From an uncultured Flavobacteriaceae bacterium (lineage in GTDB: Bacteria; Bacteroidota; Bacteroidia; Flavobacteriales; Flavobacteriaceae), in NCBI GenBank assembly GCA_913020475.1, contig CAJVZM010000001.1, forward strand, positions 18,701 to 82,700: a stretch of 64,000 bases of DNA, read 5' to 3'. Position numbers and translations under genes: made by a program. Position 1 is the stretch's first letter; each line of letters begins with the position of its first letter. Of the stretch, positions 57,722-64,000 are shown piece after piece. The notes under the pieces were generated by a model. It did no database searches. It was not told where the DNA came from and was given only the letters and a program-made list of their open reading frames with translations.

Positions 57722-57735
57722 CGTGTTCGCGCACG
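57722..57735 (+). promoter_or_regulatory. PUL box copy d: CGTGTTCGCGCACG (degenerate copy)
   Basis: It matches gene-oriented CGTGTACGCACAC at 11 of 13 positions. It lies 4 nt downstream of the near-consensus box TATATTTA (57710-57717) and 13 nt upstream of the TTG start at 57749. Confidence 0.4.
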
Positions 57736-57748
57736 AAAAATATAAAAA

Positions 57749-59173
57749 TTGAAAGCAATTAATTACATTTTTTCAAAGTCTATTCCGCTAAACCTATTCC
57801 TGTTTTCCGTATTTAACTTTTCTTACTTCTGCAGTGCTCAAAATAATATAAATAAAAAACCAAATTTTATTGTGATTCTCACCGATGATCAAAGTTGGGT
57901 AGGCACGTCATTCTTGGCAGATCCCAAAGACTCTCGATCCAAAAGTGATTATTATCAAACCCCCAATATGGAAAGATTGGCCAAAAACGGAATGCGAATG
58001 ACCAACGGTTATGCTCCAGCACCTTTTTGCTCTCCCACACGAAAAAGTATACTAACAGGATTAACTCCTGCTAAACACGAATATCAAAAAGACAGAGATA
58101 ATTGGACCAAGGCTTTTAGAAAACAAATCACCATTCCTAAAATTCTCAAAAAGGCTGACTCCAATTACGTTACCGCTCATTTCGGAAAATGGGATGCTAG
58201 ATACGATGATTTTACTCCCGAAGAAATGGGTTACGATTTTAGTGACGGACTTACCTCAAACAATACAGGAGGGGGCAAGAATACAATTCATAAAAACGGG
58301 GTAGATTTCCCTTTTCCAATGGGCAGAGCTTGGCCCAAAGCCTATGATGATCCTAAGTTGATTTTTTCACTTTCCCAAAGATCCAATGATTTTATGGAGG
58401 AACAAATTAATAACAATAAGCCTTTTTTCATACAAATTTCACATTATGCGGTCCATCTGGCCATTACCTACAGTCAAAAAAACATTAATAAATATGATAA
58501 ATCGGAAAAAGGAGAGAAACACTTTGTTCCTGAGTTTGCGGCCATGACTGAAGATATGGACGCAGGAATTGGGATGATATTGGAAAAAGTAGCCGATCTG
58601 GGTATCGAAGACAATACTTATATAATATTTTTATCCGACAACGGAGGGAGGACATCGATTCCAATTGGGCCGAAACAAAATGTGGCAAGAAACTTTCCGC
58701 TAAGAGGAGGAAAGGGATCAATGTATGAGGGCGGAATCAGGGTTCCTTTTATTATTTCAGGACCTGGTATATCCCCAAACACACACTCTAAGGTTCCCGT
58801 AACGGGCTTGGATATTCTTCCTACTGTAGCAAGATTGGCAGGCTATCATGATCCCCTGCCACAGATTCTTGATGGCGGTAATCTAGAATCAATTATTTAT
58901 AATAATGGCCTTGGAACTGTTGAACGAAATAGCCCTTATCTGATATTTCATCAAGCGGCCAATAGAAAACCCATCTCCGCCATTCGATGGGGTAATTACA
59001 AACTCGTCAAAGATTGGCGCTTTGATAAATTTGAACTTTTTGACCTTTCCAAGGACCTGGAAGAAAAAAACGACCTTTCCAAAGAAATGCCTGAGTTGGT
59101 AGATAAGTTGAACAAGGCTTTGACTCAGTTTTTGATTGATGCTAACGCAGAAACCAAACAAACAGATACTTAA
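57749..59173 (+). CDS. S1 sulfatase, secreted
   Basis: 474 aa with a TTG start (no in-frame ATG before the catalytic region). NFIVILTDDQSWVGTS, CSPTRKSILTG, GKWD and SDNGG are present. Confidence 0.85.
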   Translation: MKAINYIFSKSIPLNLFLFSVFNFSYFCSAQNNINKKPNFIVILTDDQSWVGTSFLADPKDSRSKSDYYQTPNMERLAKNGMRMTNGYAPAPFCSPTRKSILTGLTPAKHEYQKDRDNWTKAFRKQITIPKILKKADSNYVTAHFGKWDARYDDFTPEEMGYDFSDGLTSNNTGGGKNTIHKNGVDFPFPMGRAWPKAYDDPKLIFSLSQRSNDFMEEQINNNKPFFIQISHYAVHLAITYSQKNINKYDKSEKGEKHFVPEFAAMTEDMDAGIGMILEKVADLGIEDNTYIIFLSDNGGRTSIPIGPKQNVARNFPLRGGKGSMYEGGIRVPFIISGPGISPNTHSKVPVTGLDILPTVARLAGYHDPLPQILDGGNLESIIYNNGLGTVERNSPYLIFHQAANRKPISAIRWGNYKLVKDWRFDKFELFDLSKDLEEKNDLSKEMPELVDKLNKALTQFLIDANAETKQTDT

Positions 59174-59182
59174 ATTGTAAAC

Positions 59183-60400
59183 ATGAATCATTCGAGAAGA
59201 AAATTTATACAGCAATCCAGTGGTGCATTACCAATACTTCTTGCTCCCAGTCTTTTAAGTTATTCCTTTCCAATACCATCCATGGAGGTTAAGATTGATG
59301 AAATCAATTTATTTTTAATCAACGTTACCAAGGAGCGAAATTTCAGTTTTGGTGTATGGAAAAACCGTCAACACGTCATGTTCAATATTAAGGGTGGTCA
59401 TCATATTGGTTGGGGAGAGACTAAAGTTTCCAACAATCAACTAGACTTTGATTTAGCACAATGGTCAACAGCATTTATGAATCTAAAAGGAATGAAGCTG
59501 GGCGAAGCCATTAAGGAAGTAAGAAATCAATTTTTTACTAGCCAATGGAGACCCACCATAACAGAAGGTTTATTGATGACTCTTTACGATCTAATGGGAA
59601 AGATTGTAAACCAACCTACCATCAAAATATGGGGTTTAGAAGGGCAAGCTCCTGTTCCGGCAATTTTCTGTATTTTGGAAAAGGAGGAAGAAATGGTGGT
59701 CAAACAAGCACAGATAGCAATTGATCAAAACATGCATCGCTATGTTAAAATCAAAATGTTTGGTGATTTTGAGCAGGATAAAAAGAACATTGGAGCACTG
59801 CGAGAATTCCTAGGGCCAGATTCTTTTATACTGGGTGATCCCAACCGAGGCTATAAATACATAAAAGACCTTAATAAGTTATCAAAAATCATGATCGCTC
59901 TTCATGAGGCTGGGATGGATGGAGTAGAGGATCCCTCTAGTCTCAACAAAGAGGAATTAATTTATTTACAGGCAAATGTGGGGAAACTGTCCATTGTTCC
60001 CGATCATATCATGCGACCTGCTGCAAAAAGCATCAAAAATTTTGATAATCGTATGGGTAATTACTTTAACCTGCATCCCAAGTGCATGGGAACTTTTACA
60101 GAGATCAACGACATTTGCAAGGTGATAAGGGCCTCTGAAAAAGGCATTATGATCGGAGATTCCAGTTTAATTGGAGCCGCTTGTACATTTTGGCAACAAA
60201 TAGCTATTGGCAACCAAGCCTCTTGGGTTGAAGCCATGGAAAAACCCCAAGAACAGGATGCCTTTTTAAGATGTGTGCTAGAAAAAGCCACACACCTTAA
60301 TGAAGAAGGAAAAGTATCTGCAGATTTTAAACCCGGTTTTGGATTAAAAGTTGACGAACAAAAATTAATTTCACTCGCTGACGCACATTTAAAAATTTAA
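59183..60400 (+). CDS. Enolase-superfamily (mandelate racemase/muconate lactonizing enzyme-like) protein with twin-arginine signal
   Basis: 405 aa with Tat motif MNHSRRKFIQQSSGALPILLAPSLL. TLYDLMGKIVNQPTIKIWG, the K-x-K motif YVKIKMFGDFEQDKKNIGALREFLG, and the metal-ligand-like positions GDPNRGY, GVEDP and VPDH follow the enolase-superfamily barrel order. The C-terminus has PGFGLKVDEQKL. Confidence 0.6.
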   Translation: MNHSRRKFIQQSSGALPILLAPSLLSYSFPIPSMEVKIDEINLFLINVTKERNFSFGVWKNRQHVMFNIKGGHHIGWGETKVSNNQLDFDLAQWSTAFMNLKGMKLGEAIKEVRNQFFTSQWRPTITEGLLMTLYDLMGKIVNQPTIKIWGLEGQAPVPAIFCILEKEEEMVVKQAQIAIDQNMHRYVKIKMFGDFEQDKKNIGALREFLGPDSFILGDPNRGYKYIKDLNKLSKIMIALHEAGMDGVEDPSSLNKEELIYLQANVGKLSIVPDHIMRPAAKSIKNFDNRMGNYFNLHPKCMGTFTEINDICKVIRASEKGIMIGDSSLIGAACTFWQQIAIGNQASWVEAMEKPQEQDAFLRCVLEKATHLNEEGKVSADFKPGFGLKVDEQKLISLADAHLKI

Positions 60401-60401
60401 A

Positions 60402-62774
60402 ATGAAAAAAATTCAACTCTTCATCTTACTAATAGGAACTTTAATATACGGTCAACGTCCAGTCGATTTGGTCAATCCACTAGTCGATTCTGCCAACTCC
60501 AGGTGGTTCTTCTTTTCTTCAGCCACCCGTCCTTTTGGAATGGTCAACTTAAGCCCCGATATGGGAACTGCTGGGGCTTGGGAGTCAGGCTATCGTTACA
60601 ACCAAAAAACCATTAACTTCTTTAGTCACATTCACGCTTGGCAACTGTCTGGCATACCTGTAATGCCCACTAGCGGTACAATCAAAGCTCACTTAGGGCC
60701 CAAGGTTTATGGATCTAAATATTCTCATAATAAAGAAACTGTGGAGGCGGGTTATCATGCTGTTGTTTTAGACGATTACAACGTTAAGGTAGAATTGACC
60801 TCTACAGTGCGGGTAGGTTTTCACCGTTACACCTTTCCAAAATCGGATCAAAGCGCAGTAATTCTAGATCTTTCAGCACAATTGGGCCCCAGTGGTACCA
60901 AAAGCGGATATGTCAAAAAAGTATCAAATAAAAAACTTCAAGGTTATGCAGTGATGGAAAAAACCGTCAGAAGACCCAAGGACACGAAAGTCTTTTTTAG
61001 TCTTCATTTTGATCAACCTTTTGAGGATCTATATGCTTTTAAAAACAAAAAATTATTGGGGAAGACAAAAGAATTCAAAGGCGAAAATGGGGGGGTTTAC
61101 ACTATTTTTAAAACTAAAGAAGGGGAGCAGATCATGATGAAAGTTGCGATTTCATATGTGAGCTCGGAGCAAGCCGAACTTAATCTCCAAAAGGAATTAG
61201 ACCACTGGGATTTTGATACTGTGATTCAAGATTCCAAAAATCAATGGAATGATTACTTGGGTAGAATTGAAATCAAAGGAAACACCAAAGACCAGCAAAT
61301 CCGATTTTACACTGATCTTTGGCACGCCTTGCAGGGCAGAAGAATCATTAGCGATGTCAATGGTAAATACAGTGATATGACCGGGGAAAAGCAGCGTGTT
61401 GGACAAATTCCTTTAGACAAAAATGGAAAACCTAACTTTAATCACTATAACTCTGACTCGTTTTGGGGTGCACAATGGACCCTCAACACCCTTTGGCATC
61501 TTGTCTATCCTAGAATTTCCGAGGAGTTTGTAAATTCTATGTTATTGATGTATGAAGATGGTGGATTGATACCCAGAGGCCCATCCGGTGGGAATTACAC
61601 CTATGTAATGACGGGTGCCTCAACGACTCCTTTCATTGTCAGTGCCTATATGAAAGGTATCAGAGGTTTTGATGTTGACAAAGCCTATCAAGGGATGCTC
61701 AAAAACGCCTTGCCAGGGGGTATTATGAGTAAGGTAGGGTACGAACATAACACTAACAAAGGAGGAGGAATAGAATACTATATTGACAGGGGCTATGTCC
61801 CATTTCCAATGTATGACAAGAAATATGGATATCATCAATGTGGCCCTGGGGTAACTATGGAATACGCCTATCAAGACTGGACTTTGGCGCAGTTGGCCAA
61901 GGTACTCAACAAAACCAGCGATCATCAAATGCTCGAAAAAAGAGCTGCCAACTACCGCAATATCTATGATACCTCCAGTGGTTGGATGAGAGGAAGAACA
62001 TTAGACGGTAGTTGGGTTGAACCCTTTGACCCTTTGGTTTATGAAAGTGATTATAAGCATCCTTTAGGGTCAGGTTTTGTTGAAGCCACTGCGGCGGCAG
62101 CTACTTGGTTTGTACCACATGACTTGGCAGGATTGGCTAACCTTATGGGGGGTAGAGAAACGGCAGCCAAACGATTAAATCAATCTTTTTTAATAGCTAA
62201 ACAGCATGGTTTTGTAACCCATAACTATCGTGCAGATAAATTTGTATCCAGTTATCGAAGGAGAGCTTTTATAAATTACGGAAATCAACCATCCATGCAA
62301 ACCGGATATATTTTTAATTATTTCGGTCAACCTTGGCTCACTCAAAAATGGATAAGAGATGTCATTGAAGATGTTTATAGTGATAATGACCCGCAAAACG
62401 GATATAGCGGTGACGAAGATCAGGGTTTAATGGGGGCACTGTGCGTATTGATGAAAATTGGACTTTTTGAAATGAAGGGAGGAGCGGATATTGAGCCCAC
62501 TTATGACCTTTCCAGTCCAGTTTTTGATCAAATAACTTTACATTTGGATCAAGATTATTATTCCGGGAAAACTTTTACCATCAAAGCCCAAGGAAACAGT
62601 CATAAAAACAAGTATATTCAAAGTGTAAGACTTAATGGAAAACCTCTGAATCAATCATGGTTTTATCATAAGGACTTGGTTAAGGGTGGAATTTTGGAGT
62701 ACATTTTGGATGAAGAACCTAATTACAATTGGGCTACAGACGAGAAATTTTTACCGGCCAGTATGTCCGACTAA
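60402..62774 (+). CDS. GH92 family glycoside hydrolase (alpha-mannosidase-like), secreted
   Basis: 790 aa. VNPLVDSANSRWFFFSSATRPFGMVNLSPD is the GH92 N-terminal hallmark, and later motifs include GYSGDEDQGLMGA. It starts 1 nt after the previous stop. Confidence 0.85.
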   Translation: MKKIQLFILLIGTLIYGQRPVDLVNPLVDSANSRWFFFSSATRPFGMVNLSPDMGTAGAWESGYRYNQKTINFFSHIHAWQLSGIPVMPTSGTIKAHLGPKVYGSKYSHNKETVEAGYHAVVLDDYNVKVELTSTVRVGFHRYTFPKSDQSAVILDLSAQLGPSGTKSGYVKKVSNKKLQGYAVMEKTVRRPKDTKVFFSLHFDQPFEDLYAFKNKKLLGKTKEFKGENGGVYTIFKTKEGEQIMMKVAISYVSSEQAELNLQKELDHWDFDTVIQDSKNQWNDYLGRIEIKGNTKDQQIRFYTDLWHALQGRRIISDVNGKYSDMTGEKQRVGQIPLDKNGKPNFNHYNSDSFWGAQWTLNTLWHLVYPRISEEFVNSMLLMYEDGGLIPRGPSGGNYTYVMTGASTTPFIVSAYMKGIRGFDVDKAYQGMLKNALPGGIMSKVGYEHNTNKGGGIEYYIDRGYVPFPMYDKKYGYHQCGPGVTMEYAYQDWTLAQLAKVLNKTSDHQMLEKRAANYRNIYDTSSGWMRGRTLDGSWVEPFDPLVYESDYKHPLGSGFVEATAAAATWFVPHDLAGLANLMGGRETAAKRLNQSFLIAKQHGFVTHNYRADKFVSSYRRRAFINYGNQPSMQTGYIFNYFGQPWLTQKWIRDVIEDVYSDNDPQNGYSGDEDQGLMGALCVLMKIGLFEMKGGADIEPTYDLSSPVFDQITLHLDQDYYSGKTFTIKAQGNSHKNKYIQSVRLNGKPLNQSWFYHKDLVKGGILEYILDEEPNYNWATDEKFLPASMSD

Positions 62775-62785
62775 AAATAGTATAA

Positions 62786-63805
62786 GTGGAAAAAAAGTTT
62801 GGTTTTGGAGTAATAGGTACGGGTAATATTGCCAAATTTCATGCACAATGTATCAACAAAATTCCCAATGCCAAACTATTGGGTGTATTAAGTAAATCTA
62901 AGTCTAGAGCCCGCCAAGTTTCAAAAAGTTTCAATGCTCCTGTTTTCTGGGATATAGAAAAACTGCTTTCCAATTCTGAAATAGATATTATTTGTGTCTG
63001 TAACGAAAGTGGCCTACATGCCCCTACGATTTCCAGAATTGCAAAGGCTGGGAAAAATGTTTTGTGTGAAAAACCACTAGAAACATCGGTGAAAAAAATA
63101 GATGATATTTCCGATATGGTAAAAGTTTCTGGAATCAAATTGGGATGTGTTTTCCAAAACCGCGAAAATCCAGAATACAGAAAACTTAAAACCTATCTCC
63201 AATCGGGAATTTTAGGTAAGATTTTGTTATGCCAAACCAGCATCAATTGGTATCGTCCTCCAAGTTATTATGAGGATTCGTGGCGGGGGACTTTGGCCAT
63301 GGACGGTGGAGCTGCTCTAATTAATCAAGGTATACATACTGTCGATCTCACCCTCGATATAATGGGAGAGGTTGATTGTATCAGTGGGTTTATTGATACC
63401 TTGCATCACCAAATTGAAGGGGAAGATGTGGCCGTTGCCGTCCTGAAGTTCAATAGTGGTGCCTTGGGGACACTCTCTGCCGGCACTGCTCTTTTTCCTG
63501 GTGAACCCGAGTCGATCACCCTTTACGGAACACTTGGTAATGTGGTTTTTAGTGGTGGGAAAATTATTTCTTCCACTGTGGAAAGTATCCAAGAAGAATT
63601 AAATGCAATAGTTGAAAATCCAGGTTCCGGAGCCTCTGATCCTATGGCTATTAGCGATCAATTTCACATCGCCACCATTGTAGATTTTATGAACGCAGTT
63701 CAACAAGGTCTGACTCCAACGGTCAACATTGATCAAGCCAGAAAATCTGTGGCCCTAATCAATGCCATTTACGAATCTAAAGGAAATAAAGTTAAGTTTA
63801 ATTAA
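62786..63805 (+). CDS. Gfo/Idh/MocA family oxidoreductase without a signal peptide (cytoplasmic)
   Basis: 339 aa with a GTG start. It has the Rossmann start FGFGVIGTGNIAKFH and the EKP motif (VLCEKPLE). Confidence 0.8.
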   Translation: MEKKFGFGVIGTGNIAKFHAQCINKIPNAKLLGVLSKSKSRARQVSKSFNAPVFWDIEKLLSNSEIDIICVCNESGLHAPTISRIAKAGKNVLCEKPLETSVKKIDDISDMVKVSGIKLGCVFQNRENPEYRKLKTYLQSGILGKILLCQTSINWYRPPSYYEDSWRGTLAMDGGAALINQGIHTVDLTLDIMGEVDCISGFIDTLHHQIEGEDVAVAVLKFNSGALGTLSAGTALFPGEPESITLYGTLGNVVFSGGKIISSTVESIQEELNAIVENPGSGASDPMAISDQFHIATIVDFMNAVQQGLTPTVNIDQARKSVALINAIYESKGNKVKFN

Positions 63806-63815
63806 AAAAAAATAG

Positions 63816-64000
63816 ATGGGAAATTTTAAAGAGACGATGACTATTAGCGTGCTTGCGATTTTCTCCTTTTTCGTAAGCTGTGAGGGACAACAATCAGACA
63901 CATCTAAACCCAACGTTATTTTGATCATGGCAGATGATATTGGTTTCGAATGTTTGGGCATCAATGGGAGCACGTCCTACAAAACTCCATTTTTGGATTC
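63816..64000 (+). CDS. S1 sulfatase, 3'-partial (runs off the window)
   Basis: This ORF is not in the ORF track because there is no stop. The ATG at 63816 gives MGNFKETMTISVLAIFSFFVSCEGQQSDTSKPNVILIMADDIGFECLGINGSTSYKTPFLD. That sequence has a lipobox (FVSC) and the sulfatase N-terminal metal-ligand motif (ILIMADD.G). Confidence 0.6.
   Translation, partial: MGNFKETMTISVLAIFSFFVSCEGQQSDTSKPNVILIMADDIGFECLGINGSTSYKTPFLD

Noticed and set aside
41462-57735. The GC-rich palindromes interpreted as transcription terminators or restriction-modification sites.
   Set aside because: The potential stems are only 4-6 bp, have essentially no loop and have no trailing T run. The boxes lie between promoter-like boxes and start codons rather than after stop codons. 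No R-M genes are present in the window.
561-63973. Dozens of 60-150-aa ORFs in the track lie inside, and mostly antisense to, long family-assignable genes. Examples are 561-761, 2594-2833, 12605-13063, 14523-14987, 14750-15211, 17795-18031, 49673-50056, 55177-55608 and 63317-63592.
   Set aside because: Each is fully embedded in a longer ORF with clear family motifs. Their translations are low-complexity or compositionally odd and lack recognisable motifs. They are the shadow ORFs expected in AT-rich DNA.
1-64000. CRISPR arrays, transposases or IS elements, prophage genes, toxin-antitoxin pairs and rRNA genes.
   Set aside because: No regularly spaced direct repeats, terminal inverted repeats, or matching protein motifs were seen anywhere in the window on either strand.

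Overview
All family assignments come from reading the supplied translations and recalling motifs. No database search was run.

This is a low-GC, Bacteroidota-type chromosomal segment. Supporting signs are a SusC/SusD pair, a fused CcsBA cytochrome c biogenesis protein, DUF4290 next to murA, lipoprotein signal peptides and TAnnTTTG-type promoter boxes.

- **1-13.9 kb:** a small GlcNAc-related cluster (5'-partial long-form nagB, an exported TIM-barrel protein, a GH20 hexosaminidase, DUF1080) followed by housekeeping genes (tRNA-Met(CAT), YqgE, HU, fmt, a RecQ-family helicase, murA).
- **13.9-21.2 kb:** one co-directional light/UV cluster. It holds four different photolyase/cryptochrome paralogues (a divergent FAD-binding member, an FeS-BCP/(6-4)-like member, Cry-DASH and a class I CPD photolyase) plus TIGR03643-like, SDR and SRPBCC genes.
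- **21.2-34.6 kb:** mixed genes: two DUF2911 proteins, a sodium:solute symporter with a large PIG-L protein, maf, kdsC, ccsBA, MscS and a 63-aa Cys-rich ORF.
- **34.6-64 kb (runs off the window):** a sulfatase-rich polysaccharide utilization locus (PUL). It has six S1-type sulfatases (one partial), susC/susD, GH78-, GH28- and GH92-like hydrolases, two Gfo/Idh/MocA oxidoreductases (one Tat-exported), a DUF6807(PmoA-like)-DUF1080 fusion, a tandem DUF1080 protein, a Tat-signal enolase-superfamily protein, a PAP-like phosphoesterase and a serine hydrolase.

The most interesting sequence-level observation is a GC-rich palindromic box, consensus GTGTnCGCrCAC. It recurs just downstream of promoter-like TAnnTTTG boxes in four intergenic regions of the PUL, and no regulator gene is visible in the window.

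I saw no CRISPR array, transposase, integrase, prophage, toxin-antitoxin or recognisable defence genes.
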